From: Alphaproteobacteria bacterium
GTDB taxonomy: Bacteria > Pseudomonadota > Alphaproteobacteria > Bin95
DNA length: 57,653 nt
NCBI GenBank assembly: GCA_029978325.1
Contig: JAPOJR010000003.1
Location: 1 to 57,653 of the forward strand
Reading direction: 5' to 3'
The notes below the pieces were generated by a model. It searched no databases, was not told the origin of the DNA, and was given only the letters and a program-made list of their open reading frames with translations. Both the position numbers and the translations under genes were made by a program. Of this stretch, positions 38,659-48,945 are shown piece by piece. Each line of letters opens with the position of its first letter. Position 1 is the stretch's first letter.

Positions 38659-40041
38659 ATGACCCAGAACCAGCCGCTGCCGCCGCGTCTCGCCTTGTTG
38701 TTGCAGGCGCCGCCGGCCCGCGTGTTGTGGCGGCTGGCGGCCCCTAACGTAGTGACAGCGGCTCTCATGGTCGCTGTTCCCATCGCCGATGCGTGGTTTG
38801 TCGGCCAACTCGGCACGGAGGCGCTAGCCAGCCTTGCGCTAGTCTTTCCTCTGCAAAGCCTCATGCAAATGATGGCGGGCGGTGCGATTGGCGGCGGTAC
38901 AGCCTCCGCTGTCGCGCGGGCATTGGGCGCCGGCGATCAGGCTGCAGCCGACGCCGCGGCATGGCATGCCATCATGATCGGACTGGTCATGGCCACCCTG
39001 TATATGGTGGTGCTGGGCCTGTTCGCCCGCCCGGTATTTTCCCTGTTCGGCGCTCAAGCCGAGGTGCTGGACGGCGCCGTTGCCTATGCTTGGATCGCCT
39101 TCGGTGGCGCGGCGAGTGTTTGGGCGCTACAGATTTGCTTTGCGATCCTGCGCGGCTCCGGCGACACGGTAACGCCGGCACGCGCCGCCATTGGCTCCAG
39201 CCTGGTGCAGGTCTGCCTGTCCGGCGCACTGACATTGGGATGGGGGCCGTTTCCGAAAATGGGCGTCATCGGCCCGGCAATCGCCATTGTCATCGCCATG
39301 GCAGGCGGCGCTGCCTATCTGGCCTGGCAACTGGTGCGGTCCGGCGGATCGAGCCAGCGGGTCGTGCGCCTGCGGCCGCACCGACTGGCCTGGAAGCCAG
39401 CAAAATCGATCCTGCAGGTCGGCGCCATCGGCCTGCTCAACAGCCTGACGATTGCGTTTACCGTGGTGGTTGTCACCCGTCTGGTGGCGGAATACGGCAC
39501 TGCGGCTTTGGCCGGATACGGCCTCGGTAGCCGGCTGGAACTATTGTTGACACCGCTGGTCTTCGGTATCGGCGGCGCGCTAACAGGGGCGGTAGGCGCC
39601 AACATCGGCGCCAAGCAATACGCTCGGGCTCGCCGCCTCGCCCGGAGCGGCACTGTCGTCGCAGGCTTGGCAACCGGCGCTATTGGCGTGACGGTTGCGC
39701 TTTACCCCAACCTATGGCTGAACCTGTTCACCGCCGACGCCGCAGCTTACGCGATGGGCGGCCTTTACCTTCTGATCGCCGGCCCGTTCTTCGGATTGTT
39801 CGGGGCCGGCCAGACTCTCTATTTCGCCAGCCAGGGGACTGGCCGCATGGGATTGCCGGTCCTCGTCGGCGGACTGCGCTTCGCCTGCGCCGCCGGCGGC
39901 GGCCTGCTGGTCGTCGGTCTGTCCTTGCCGGTCGGATGGTTGTTTGCGTGCGTTGCAACAGGTCTGGCGGTCACCGGCATTGGCCTCGGCCTATGCCTGC
40001 AATTCTCCCCAGGGTGGCGCGGAGACGAGAAGCGGCAATAA
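38659..40041 (+). CDS. MATE family efflux transporter
   Basis: DAWFVGQLGTEALA, LRGSGDT, VGANIGA; about 12 TMs. Confidence 0.92.
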   Translation: MTQNQPLPPRLALLLQAPPARVLWRLAAPNVVTAALMVAVPIADAWFVGQLGTEALASLALVFPLQSLMQMMAGGAIGGGTASAVARALGAGDQAAADAAAWHAIMIGLVMATLYMVVLGLFARPVFSLFGAQAEVLDGAVAYAWIAFGGAASVWALQICFAILRGSGDTVTPARAAIGSSLVQVCLSGALTLGWGPFPKMGVIGPAIAIVIAMAGGAAYLAWQLVRSGGSSQRVVRLRPHRLAWKPAKSILQVGAIGLLNSLTIAFTVVVVTRLVAEYGTAALAGYGLGSRLELLLTPLVFGIGGALTGAVGANIGAKQYARARRLARSGTVVAGLATGAIGVTVALYPNLWLNLFTADAAAYAMGGLYLLIAGPFFGLFGAGQTLYFASQGTGRMGLPVLVGGLRFACAAGGGLLVVGLSLPVGWLFACVATGLAVTGIGLGLCLQFSPGWRGDEKRQ

Positions 40042-40108
40042 TTCCTACAAGCCGACGCGGCGATTAAGAGACTACCGCGCCGAATTGATACCGAACACGC
40101 CCAGCCGG

Positions 40109-40801
40109 TCAGTTGCCGCCGCCCGGCGCCAGCCTGAGCGCCAGCGCCTCCAGCGCTGCCTTATCGCTTAAGTAGAGGCTGCGCCCCTTGCGCCGGATCT
40201 GCTGACTCTCCTGCAACTGGGTAAACACCCTCGCCACTGTCTCTCGTGTTGTCGAAGCCCTGGCGGCGATTTCGCGCTGCGCCGGACAGGGGTAAATGAT
40301 CCAAGAGCCTGCCGTAATCGGATCCGGCTTGGCCAAACGGCATAGCTCCATGATCACCCGCTGCATCGCGCCCAGGGTGGACAGATCCATGATCCGCTCA
40401 TCGCAAGACCGTACGATCCCGGCCAGCCGCCGCATCACGGCCAGGGCAATATTGGGATGGCTCCGCATCAGGCCGACAAATGCCTCTGGCGCGAGGGCTG
40501 CCAACTGGCTGTCCTCATTCGCCACGACAGAAGCCGAACGCGGTCGACCGTCGATAGCGGCCAACTCGCCAAAATAGGCCCCGGCCTCAGCCGTGGCATA
40601 GGCCACGGGGCGGCCTGACAGCGAATAGTTCACAATCCGCACCGACCCCTTGACCAGGAAATAGACGTCCCGGTCGTCCGATTGGCTTTCCACGACCAGC
40701 TGGTTTTTGCGGAACGTCCGCCACGAGCACCGTTTCGCCAGGTCCTCGCGATCGTGCGAACCCAGTTCTTCCAACAATGACACCGCCGCTAACCTGTCCA
40801 T
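40109..40801 (-). CDS. Crp/Fnr family regulator (cNMP-binding + HTH)
   Basis: FGELAAIDGRPRSA cNMP motif; QREIA...TTRETVAR HTH. Confidence 0.93.
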   Translation of the reverse strand: MDRLAAVSLLEELGSHDREDLAKRCSWRTFRKNQLVVESQSDDRDVYFLVKGSVRIVNYSLSGRPVAYATAEAGAYFGELAAIDGRPRSASVVANEDSQLAALAPEAFVGLMRSHPNIALAVMRRLAGIVRSCDERIMDLSTLGAMQRVIMELCRLAKPDPITAGSWIIYPCPAQREIAARASTTRETVARVFTQLQESQQIRRKGRSLYLSDKAALEALALRLAPGGGN

Positions 40802-40894
40802 TTATGTCCCTTTTTTTTCATCTCTGCGTGCTAAACTGGTTCCAATCTAAAAATCACGCTATGATGTTCATCACTATACCAGGATCAAGCTCGG

Positions 40895-41707
40895 ATGACA
40901 CAGCATCGGAAGGGGCCCGCCTTGCTAAAGCGCACTGTGATGTGTTTGGCCTTGGGTCTCTGCCTCGCCGTAACGTCGATGGCGCCATTACAAGCGCGTC
41001 GGGGCCAGACCGGAATACAGGGAAACGACGACCGTGAAATCGTCGATAGCCAAGGCCGCCCCTGGCAGAGCATCGGCCGCGTCAACAACAACGGCCGCAG
41101 TTTCTGCACCGGTGTGCTGATTTCCGATAGAGAGGTCCTGACTGCCGCGCATTGCTTGCGCAGCCACGTTGCGGGGCGTGCCTGGGCACCGCCAAGCGCC
41201 CTGCATTTTCTAGCTGGCTATACCCGCGGCAGCTATCTGGAATACAGCGGTGTCTCTGCCATTTCGATCGTGCCAAGCAAACCTGGCTTGTCCAAATACG
41301 ACAGCGACTTCGCCATTTTGACGCTGACCAGCGGCATTGGCAGAAAAATCGGCTTTCTGCCGTTGGAAAAGTTCGACCGGTCGCACTGGTTGGCCGACCA
41401 AAAGCGTGGCGTGACCTACTCTCAGGCCGGCTATAGCCAGGACCGGGCGCACATCCTCACCCGCAACGCGACCTGCTCAATCACCGGATTCTCCGAGGAT
41501 GGAAATTTGTTCATGCACAATTGCGACGCGACCCATGGCGACAGCGGTTCGCCGATTCTGGCGCGCCGCGGTTCCGGCTACAGCATTGTCGGCATCCATG
41601 TTGCCAGCAGCCGGACCGGCGGCAACAGTATCGCGGTCGCCGGCCTCACCATCGCAAAAGGTCTGATGGCGATGGCGCCCGGCCTGCCTCTGGCTCAATT
41701 GCGATAA
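40895..41707 (+). CDS. Secreted trypsin-like (V8-type) serine protease
   Basis: LTAAHC, DFAIL, GDSGSP triad; hydrophobic signal region. Confidence 0.9.
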   Translation: MTQHRKGPALLKRTVMCLALGLCLAVTSMAPLQARRGQTGIQGNDDREIVDSQGRPWQSIGRVNNNGRSFCTGVLISDREVLTAAHCLRSHVAGRAWAPPSALHFLAGYTRGSYLEYSGVSAISIVPSKPGLSKYDSDFAILTLTSGIGRKIGFLPLEKFDRSHWLADQKRGVTYSQAGYSQDRAHILTRNATCSITGFSEDGNLFMHNCDATHGDSGSPILARRGSGYSIVGIHVASSRTGGNSIAVAGLTIAKGLMAMAPGLPLAQLR

Positions 41708-41762
41708 GGCTCTCTATATTGGCAGGACCAATTGTCGGATTACCGCCCGAGGACCAGACATC

Positions 41763-43310
41763 ATGAACCTGGCATCCCTGTTATACCGCGCCGCCCGCAC
41801 CCGGCCGGACAGCCCGGCGCTCTACCGTGGCAAAGACCTGCATGCGACCTATGCGGACTTTGGTGCACGCGTCGCCCGCCTGGCTGGTTGGATGCAACGG
41901 CACGCCGGCCTGCATCCCGGAGATCGCGTCGCCTTCGCGATGTCCAATTGCGTGGAATTTCAGGAAGTGCTTTGGGCAACCTGGCATGCAGGGCTGGTCG
42001 CTGTACCGATCAATGCCAAACTGCATATCAGCGACTTCACCTACATCATCAAGAACAGTGGCGCCCGCCTCGCCTTTGCCTCTCCTGATCTGGCGGATGA
42101 CATCGCCACTGTCATTGCCTCCCTGCCCGATTGTGAGGCGATGGTCGCGACCGGATCGCCCGCATACGCCGGGGCACTACAGGCGGAGCCACTGGCCATG
42201 GAGCCACGGGAGCCAACCGATCTGGCATGGCTGTTCTACACCAGCGGCACTACCGGAAGGCCGAAAGGCGCCATGTTGAGTCATCGCAGCCTGATGGGTT
42301 GCATCTTTGGCTATGTGACCGATATCGACCACATTGCCGAGTCGGACCACTGGCTGCATGCTGCGCCGATGAGCCATGGCGGCGGCCTGTACGGTCTGCC
42401 ATTCGTCGCGGCCTGCGCGGCCCAGATTGTGCCGGAAAGCGGCAAGTTCGATCCGCCGGAAATCATGGACCTGCTCGCCGACTTCACCGGCGTCTCGTTT
42501 TTTGCAGCGCCGACCATGGTCAAGCGCATGATTGAGCATCCTGCGGTCAAGGCCGGTGACACCGGCAATTTGCGCACCATCGCCTATGGCGGTGGCCCAA
42601 TGTACCTGGCGGACGCAGAAGCCGCTTATGCCCTGTTGGGGCCGAAGCTGGCCCAACTTTATGGCCAGGGCGAAAGCCCGATGACGATTACCTGCCTTAG
42701 CCGCGCTGAACTGCAGGATGCCTCGCACCCGCAATTCGCGGCCAGGCTGGCGTCTACGGGCCGCGCGTTCAGCAATGTCGAGGTCATGGTCGCCGATGCC
42801 GACGACAACCCCTTGCCCGCAGGCGAACTGGGCGAGGTCTGCGTGCGCGGCGATGTTGTCATGCAGGGCTACTGGGGCAATCCAGAAGCCTCGGCTGAAG
42901 CGTTGCGTAACGGATGGCTGCACACCGGCGACATCGGCGTGTTCGACGAATTCGGCTATCTGTCGCTGAAAGATCGGTCGAAGGACATGATTATCTCAGG
43001 CGGCACCAACATCTACCCGCGCGAGATCGAAGAGGTGCTGTTGCAGCACCCGGCGGTGTTGGAAGCCTCCGTCATTGGCGAACCCGATCCGGAATGGGGC
43101 GAAAATGTTGTCGCCTTTATCGTGCCCCGTCCCGGCAGCAAAGCCGACCGGGACGAAATCGACCGGTATTGCCTGCAAAGCATGGCCCGTTTCAAACGGC
43201 CAAAGTCCTATCACTTTGTCGAGGCGCTGCCGAAGAACAACTATGGCAAGGTGCTGAAGACCGACCTGCGAGCCGACCTAGCGTCCCGGAAATCCGGTGA
43301 GACTGTCTGA
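41763..43310 (+). CDS. AMP-dependent acyl-CoA synthetase/ligase
   Basis: YTSGTTGRPKG, YGQGE, WLHTGD, DRSKDMIISGG, LPKNNYGK. Confidence 0.95.
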   Translation: MNLASLLYRAARTRPDSPALYRGKDLHATYADFGARVARLAGWMQRHAGLHPGDRVAFAMSNCVEFQEVLWATWHAGLVAVPINAKLHISDFTYIIKNSGARLAFASPDLADDIATVIASLPDCEAMVATGSPAYAGALQAEPLAMEPREPTDLAWLFYTSGTTGRPKGAMLSHRSLMGCIFGYVTDIDHIAESDHWLHAAPMSHGGGLYGLPFVAACAAQIVPESGKFDPPEIMDLLADFTGVSFFAAPTMVKRMIEHPAVKAGDTGNLRTIAYGGGPMYLADAEAAYALLGPKLAQLYGQGESPMTITCLSRAELQDASHPQFAARLASTGRAFSNVEVMVADADDNPLPAGELGEVCVRGDVVMQGYWGNPEASAEALRNGWLHTGDIGVFDEFGYLSLKDRSKDMIISGGTNIYPREIEEVLLQHPAVLEASVIGEPDPEWGENVVAFIVPRPGSKADRDEIDRYCLQSMARFKRPKSYHFVEALPKNNYGKVLKTDLRADLASRKSGETV

Positions 43311-43895
43311 GGCCGGCAGGTCGGCGGCATAGTCGACGTCGTCAAGAGTGTCCGTCAGGGCATGCGGCAGCCTTAGTCTTTCCGAGACATCGCACAAGGT
43401 TTGGGCAGAGGACCAGCGGATGCCAGGGCCGAACAGCGGCCGCGGCAATTGCCTGCCATTGCGCGCCCCGACCAGCCAGAATCCGCCATCGCCCGCCGGT
43501 CCGAATACTAAAGGCGCGCGTTGCAGTGCCCGAAAGGCATTGCGGATATGGCCAGCGCGAACGCCGGGGATGTCCGCACCCAGCAGCACGACCGGCCCAG
43601 GCAGTGCAAGGCGCAAACACCGCTCCATCCGGCGTCCGATGTCGCCGCTGCCTTGCCAGACATCGCACGGCCGCCGCTGCCTCTGGCTGGCGCTGGGCGG
43701 CTCCGCCCATGCGATCGTAACCGACCAGGTCGGCTCTCTTTCCAACCGCCGCACCAGGCGTTGACTCGACCGCTTGTAGAATTGCCAGGCTGCGATGGCG
43801 CCAATATCCCGTGCTAGCCGGCTTTTGACCCGCCCCAGTACAGGTGCACGCATGAATACGACGACCGTTCGGCTGCGCCGCGCCCGCCTAGCCAT
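43278..43895 (-). CDS. TIGR04282/DUF2064 family CofC-like glycosyltransferase
   Basis: PVLGRVKSRLA, QGSGDIGRRM, LLGADIP, GPAGDGGFWL, DVD. Confidence 0.88.
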   Translation of the reverse strand: MARRARRSRTVVVFMRAPVLGRVKSRLARDIGAIAAWQFYKRSSQRLVRRLEREPTWSVTIAWAEPPSASQRQRRPCDVWQGSGDIGRRMERCLRLALPGPVVLLGADIPGVRAGHIRNAFRALQRAPLVFGPAGDGGFWLVGARNGRQLPRPLFGPGIRWSSAQTLCDVSERLRLPHALTDTLDDVDYAADLPASDSLTGFPGR

Positions 43896-44595
43896 ACCAA
43901 CGCACCAGACGCTGCGGACTGACCCCCAGGAAATACAGGCCTAACAAGGTTAGGTTCCGCAAAGGCCGCATCCAATAGCCATTCCGCCTGTAACGCTCTG
44001 CCGAGGTAATCGCCTCCGCTTCCAGTAGCATCAGGCGCTTCCGACCTATCCGCCGGACGAAATCGACGTCCTCCATCAAAGGCATCGCCTTGAACCCGCC
44101 GACTTTCCGATACAGCGCGCGATGGATCAGCAAGCCCTGGTCTCCATAGGGCAAGCCCAGCCGACGACAGCGCCAATCCACCAGGCGTTCGATCCGGCGC
44201 GCCGCAGGGTTGGGATCGTCCAAGCTCAGCCGAAAAGCCGCCGCCATTTCCTTTGCCGCCGGCTGATTCATGTGCCTCTGCACCGCCTCAACCCAGTCAG
44301 GCGGTAGGCGCGTATCGGCATGCAGGAACAGCAGCCAGGCGCATTCGGCGTGCCGGAGCGCTGCCTCCCCTCCGGCCCTCAATTGCAGGCCTCGCCCCCG
44401 TTTAGTCTCGACCAGACTGGCGCCGGCTGCCGCCGCTATCGCCTGTGTCGCGTCGGATGACCCGCCATCGACAACAATAACCTGCATCACCCGTCCGGAT
44501 ACGCACTCCAATGCAGACGCCACCCCCGCCGCCGCATTCAGCGTTGGCATCACTACCGCTATGGGGAGGGCTTCGGTTTTGGAGAGATCGATCAT
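43888..44595 (-). CDS. TIGR04283 family GT2 glycosyltransferase
   Basis: VVMPTLN, VDGGSSD, GRGLQL, FLHADT, LPYGDQGL, PLMEDVD, TSAERY. Confidence 0.9.
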   Translation of the reverse strand: MIDLSKTEALPIAVVMPTLNAAAGVASALECVSGRVMQVIVVDGGSSDATQAIAAAAGASLVETKRGRGLQLRAGGEAALRHAECAWLLFLHADTRLPPDWVEAVQRHMNQPAAKEMAAAFRLSLDDPNPAARRIERLVDWRCRRLGLPYGDQGLLIHRALYRKVGGFKAMPLMEDVDFVRRIGRKRLMLLEAEAITSAERYRRNGYWMRPLRNLTLLGLYFLGVSPQRLVRWYG

Positions 44596-44674
44596 GGCGC
44601 GCAGCAGTTTTGTTCTTTACTTGTTCCGATTTGTGCTATTATGTTCTCGCAATTGCGATGAAAGGCAGGCGACG

Positions 44675-45055
44675 ATGAAGGGACGATGCGAATGCGACCG
44701 CGTGCGGTTCGAAGTGGCTGCTGTGCGGGACACGGCCACCGTCTGCCACTGCAGCCAGTGCCGACGAACCAGCGGTCATCTATGGTCGCCTACCCATTCG
44801 CTCTATAAGGCGCTGCAGTTCGAAACGAAAGACGGTCTGGAATGGTATGCCTCCTCGGAACAGGCGCACCGTGGGTTCTGTCTTTTTTGTGGGTCCAGTC
44901 TGTTCTACAGGATGAACGGCGAAGACGGAATCGGCATTGCCGCCGGGTGCCTGGAAAGTACCGCAGGCCTTCGCCTGGGCAAGCACATCTTTGTCGCCGA
45001 CAAGGGCTGCTACTACGACATATCCGATGGTCTTCCTGCTTTTGAACAGGGGTAG
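44675..45055 (+). CDS. GFA/CENP-V family Zn-binding protein
   Basis: GRCECDRV, CHCSQCRR, FCLFCGSSL; ATG 44675 lies inside the longer ORF called from 44270. Confidence 0.88.
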   Translation: MKGRCECDRVRFEVAAVRDTATVCHCSQCRRTSGHLWSPTHSLYKALQFETKDGLEWYASSEQAHRGFCLFCGSSLFYRMNGEDGIGIAAGCLESTAGLRLGKHIFVADKGCYYDISDGLPAFEQG

Positions 45056-45063
45056 ACGCGGCA

Positions 45064-46149
45064 ATGCAAAGCGGCCGGGACGATAATCTGCCAACACGCA
45101 AACGGGGTCGCGGGGCCGTCTCAAACCGGTCTGGCCGGTTTGAGACAACAACGCGGAACGCTGTCGATGACGGTTGGTATCAAGAAGCGGAAGACCGGAT
45201 TCCGACAACGCTGACTGCGGATACGGCGCGGCATGTCATCACCTACAATCGCTCGCCTGACCTTGGCTTCGACCGTACCATCAACCCCTACCGTGGTTGT
45301 GAACATGGTTGCATCTACTGCTATGCCCGCCCAAGTCATGCCTATTGGGGCCTGTCGCCAGGGCAGGATTTCGAGACCAAGCTCTTTGCCAAGTTCGACG
45401 CGGATGCACTATTGCGTGCCGAACTCGCCGACCCCCGCTACAAGCCGGATTTTGTCCTGCTAGGCGCGAATACGGACGCTTACCAACCGGTCGAGCGCGA
45501 GCACAAGATCACCCGCGCGATCGTCGCGCAACTGCTGCGGTTCCGCCATCCGGTCGGCGTGGTGACCAAGTCGGCTCTGGTGGTGCGCGACAGCGATCTT
45601 TGGGCAGAGTTGGCCAAACTGCAACTGGGCCATGTCACCATCTCCATCACCACCCTCGACCGAAAGCTGGCTCGGACAATGGAGCCCCGTGCATCTACGC
45701 CGGGCCTCAGGCTGGATGCAATAAGGGCGCTGTCTGAAGCTGGGGTGCCGGTTTGCGTGAATGTAGCGCCGATCATCCCTGGCCTGACCGACCATGAGAT
45801 CGAACCCATCCTGGAGGCCGCAGCTGAGGCAGGCGCTAGCGAAGCCGCCTACACGCTTCTACGCCTGCCCCTCGAAATTAAGGACCTGTTCCGTGAGTGG
45901 CTGACCAGCAATTGCCCGGACAAAGCCGCTAAGGTAGAGAGCCTGGTCCGGCAGACCCGCGGCGGCGCACTCTACAACAGCCGCTTTGGCGAGCGCATGA
46001 AAGGTACAGGGCCATACGCTGACCAGATCCGCCAACGGTTTGCGATTGCGGCGCGGCGGTTCGGCCTCAATCGCCGGTTTCAGGAGTTGCGAACCGACCT
46101 ATTCACGGTTCCACCGGCGCCCGGCCAACAACTGAGCCTCGCGTTGTAG
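45064..46149 (+). CDS. PA0069/Rv2578c family radical SAM protein (SPL-like)
   Basis: NPYRGCEHGCIYCYARPSH CxxxCxxC motif, NTDAYQP, MEPRAS. Confidence 0.92.
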   Translation: MQSGRDDNLPTRKRGRGAVSNRSGRFETTTRNAVDDGWYQEAEDRIPTTLTADTARHVITYNRSPDLGFDRTINPYRGCEHGCIYCYARPSHAYWGLSPGQDFETKLFAKFDADALLRAELADPRYKPDFVLLGANTDAYQPVEREHKITRAIVAQLLRFRHPVGVVTKSALVVRDSDLWAELAKLQLGHVTISITTLDRKLARTMEPRASTPGLRLDAIRALSEAGVPVCVNVAPIIPGLTDHEIEPILEAAAEAGASEAAYTLLRLPLEIKDLFREWLTSNCPDKAAKVESLVRQTRGGALYNSRFGERMKGTGPYADQIRQRFAIAARRFGLNRRFQELRTDLFTVPPAPGQQLSLAL

Positions 46150-46199
46150 CGCCGGCGCCGGTATAGTCGCCAAAGGACGAACCCAAGGGAGCCCGCCCG

Positions 46200-47630
46200 A
46201 TGAATGCGCCAACCAAAGCCGCTGAAACCGCCACCGCAAATGCCAGCGATGGCGGCGGCACGATCTCACATCAATTAGCCCTGTTTGTCGATGGCTTGAG
46301 CCTAGGCGACGTGCCAGCCGCGGTGATCGAGCGGGCCAAGCTGCATATTCTCGATTGCCTGGGCATAGCGCTGGCTTCGACCACATTCGAATTTGCCCAG
46401 CGTGCGGCGACGGCGATCGGCGGCCTGGCGGGCAGCGGCGACTATCCCGTCATCGGGATGCCTCTGTCCCTGCCGTTGCGCGACCAGGTGCTGTTGAACG
46501 GCACGCTAATCCATGGCCTGGACTACGACGACACCCACACCGCTGGCGTAATCCACGCCAGCGCCAGCGCCCTGACCACCGCACTGGGCCAATCGTTGAA
46601 AGTGAATGCGTCGGGTGCCGACCTGATGACCGCCTATCTTGTCGGCGTCGAAACCGGTGCGCGGATCGGCATGGCGGCGAACGGTGGCTTCCACGTGCGC
46701 GGCCACCATCCGACCGGGCTGGTCGGCACGTTCGGCGCGACGCTCACTGCAGCAAAGTTGGCTGGACTGCCCGCGCGCAAGATGGTCGATGCTCAAGGCA
46801 TTGCGCTCTCAATGGCGGCAGGATCTCTCGAATTCCTCAGCGATGGCGCCTGGACAAAGCGGATGCACCCGGGATGGGCCGGCGTTTCCGGCATTACTGC
46901 GACGGCAATGGCCGCAGAAGGGTTCCAGGGACCAAGCGCCGCCTACGAAGGGCGGTACGGCCTGTTCAATTTGCATCTAGGCGCAGACAATGACGCGGAT
47001 CTCAGCCTGTGCACCGCTGGCCTGGGCCAAGTCTGGCAGTTGGAGCAGGTGGGCTTTAAGCCCTATCCTGCCTGCCACTTCAATCATTCCTTTGCCGATG
47101 CAGCATTGGCAATGCGGGCCGATGGCATAACCGCCGACAATATCGAGCGCATCACAGCGCTGATCCATCCGACACAGGCACAAGTGGTGTGTGAGCCGCA
47201 GGACCAAAAGCGGCGGCCGGCTAACGCTTACGAGGCGCAATTCTCTATCCCTTATATTGTTGCGCAAAGCCTGCTGCGCGGCCGGTTTACATTGGATGAG
47301 CTGGACTCGGCAGCATTCGGCGAGGCGGCAGCGCTGGACCTGGCGGCCAAGGTCGATTGGGCCGAGGACCCGAACACACGGTTCCCGCACTACTATTCCG
47401 GCGAAATCGTGGTTCAGACCCGGGACGGGCAGACGCGCCGGTATCGGGAAGACGTCAACCGCGGGTCCGACGCCAACCCACTGTCCACCGCAGATATCGA
47501 ATCCAAATTCTGGGCCAACGCAACGCGGGCGATCAGCCAGGTCCGGGCAGAGCGGGTGCACGCCGCGGTCATGCAACTGGACCAAGCCGCAGACGCCTGG
47601 CCGCTGATGGAGGCGCTCGCCTCGACCTAG
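46200..47630 (+). CDS. MmgE/PrpD family protein
   Basis: HGLDYDDTH, GHHPTG, KRMHPG, KPYPAC. Confidence 0.93.
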   Translation: MNAPTKAAETATANASDGGGTISHQLALFVDGLSLGDVPAAVIERAKLHILDCLGIALASTTFEFAQRAATAIGGLAGSGDYPVIGMPLSLPLRDQVLLNGTLIHGLDYDDTHTAGVIHASASALTTALGQSLKVNASGADLMTAYLVGVETGARIGMAANGGFHVRGHHPTGLVGTFGATLTAAKLAGLPARKMVDAQGIALSMAAGSLEFLSDGAWTKRMHPGWAGVSGITATAMAAEGFQGPSAAYEGRYGLFNLHLGADNDADLSLCTAGLGQVWQLEQVGFKPYPACHFNHSFADAALAMRADGITADNIERITALIHPTQAQVVCEPQDQKRRPANAYEAQFSIPYIVAQSLLRGRFTLDELDSAAFGEAAALDLAAKVDWAEDPNTRFPHYYSGEIVVQTRDGQTRRYREDVNRGSDANPLSTADIESKFWANATRAISQVRAERVHAAVMQLDQAADAWPLMEALAST

Positions 47631-47650
47631 ACCGTAAAACGGGAGGAACT

Positions 47651-48883
47651 ATGCCGCATCTACCAGAACAAGGCCGCGGCTGGAACGATCTGGCTGCGGA
47701 TTTGGACCGCCGCCGAGACAACGACGCGGACTGGCGGCGCGGGCGGACGGCGCTGTTCGTCTTTAATGCCGGAGAGTCTGTGCGGCGGGTGGGCGAACAG
47801 GCCTATCTGGCCTATATGGCGGAGAATGCGCTGGGGCTTCGCGCCTTTCCCAGTCTTGCGGCGATGGAAGCCGATATTATCGCCATTGCGCATGAGTTGA
47901 CCAGTGCGCCGCATGGCGCCGGCGGCTATTTCACGACCGGCGGAACGGACAGTATCACCATGGCGGTTAAGGCCTGCCGCGATTGGGCTGTCGGCAACGG
48001 ACAGAACCCGGTCGGCGCCGAAATCTTGGCGCCATCGACCGCCCACCCTGCTTTCAACAAAGCCGCGCATCTGATGAATTTGAAGGTCATCCGCGTGCCA
48101 GTCGGGGATGACTACACGGCAAACCCGGTGGCCATGGAAGCCGCGATATCCGACCGGACGATTATGCTCGTCGGGTCGGCCCCATGCTTCCCTTATGGCC
48201 TTGTCGATCCGATTCCCGAGATCGCATCCCTTGCCGCCGCCAATGGCCTGTGGTGCCATGTCGATGCCTGCGTCGGCGGCTATTTCCTGCCCTTCGCCGA
48301 GCAGATCGGGGTGGAGCTGCCCGCCTGGGATTTTCGGGTCCCGGGGGTATCATCTATATCGGCCGACCTGCACAAGTATGGCTACGCCCCCAAGGGCGCC
48401 TCCACCGTGCTGTATCGGTCTCAGGAGTTGGCAGCGTTCCAACCGTTCAGCTTCGATGTTTGGCCAAACGGCGTCATGGCTACGCCAACTCTGCATGGCA
48501 CGCGCCCTGGCGGTGCGATTGCCGGGGCCTGGGCCGTGCTGAATCATTTGGGTTATGAAGGATTTCGGCAGTGCGTGCGCGATGTGCTGGCAGCGCGTGC
48601 GACCATCGAAACCGGCGCCGCCAAACTTGGCTTTCAGCCCGTCGGCCACCCGAAATTAGGACTGGTTGCTCTCACAAATCCAGCAAAAGACGTCATGGCT
48701 ATTGCCGACGCCATGGCGGCTAAGGGGTGGGTATCGTCACGCACCGCCACACCGCCAGGCATTCACCTGATGCTGTCCCCCGCCCACACAGTCGCAGCGC
48801 ACGACTATTTGGCCGATCTGGCGGACGCAACGCAAAATGCGCCGGCCAGCAGGGGTGCGACCGGGGTGGGAAGCTACACATAG
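47651..48883 (+). CDS. PLP-dependent group II decarboxylase / sphingosine-1-phosphate-lyase-like enzyme
   Basis: TTGGTDSI, HPAFNKA, HVDACVGG, SADLHKYGYAPKG; GGAGG before ATG 47651. Confidence 0.88.
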   Translation: MPHLPEQGRGWNDLAADLDRRRDNDADWRRGRTALFVFNAGESVRRVGEQAYLAYMAENALGLRAFPSLAAMEADIIAIAHELTSAPHGAGGYFTTGGTDSITMAVKACRDWAVGNGQNPVGAEILAPSTAHPAFNKAAHLMNLKVIRVPVGDDYTANPVAMEAAISDRTIMLVGSAPCFPYGLVDPIPEIASLAAANGLWCHVDACVGGYFLPFAEQIGVELPAWDFRVPGVSSISADLHKYGYAPKGASTVLYRSQELAAFQPFSFDVWPNGVMATPTLHGTRPGGAIAGAWAVLNHLGYEGFRQCVRDVLAARATIETGAAKLGFQPVGHPKLGLVALTNPAKDVMAIADAMAAKGWVSSRTATPPGIHLMLSPAHTVAAHDYLADLADATQNAPASRGATGVGSYT

Positions 48884-48907
48884 CAACGCGCCCCAAACCG
48901 CAGACAC

Positions 48908-48931
48908 GAGAAAGCGCCTATCCGCTTTCTC
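48908..48931. terminator. Hairpin between convergent genes
   Basis: GAGAAAGCG-CCTATC-CGCTTTCTC. Confidence 0.55.
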
Positions 48932-48945
48932 GCTCTGTTGCGGAG

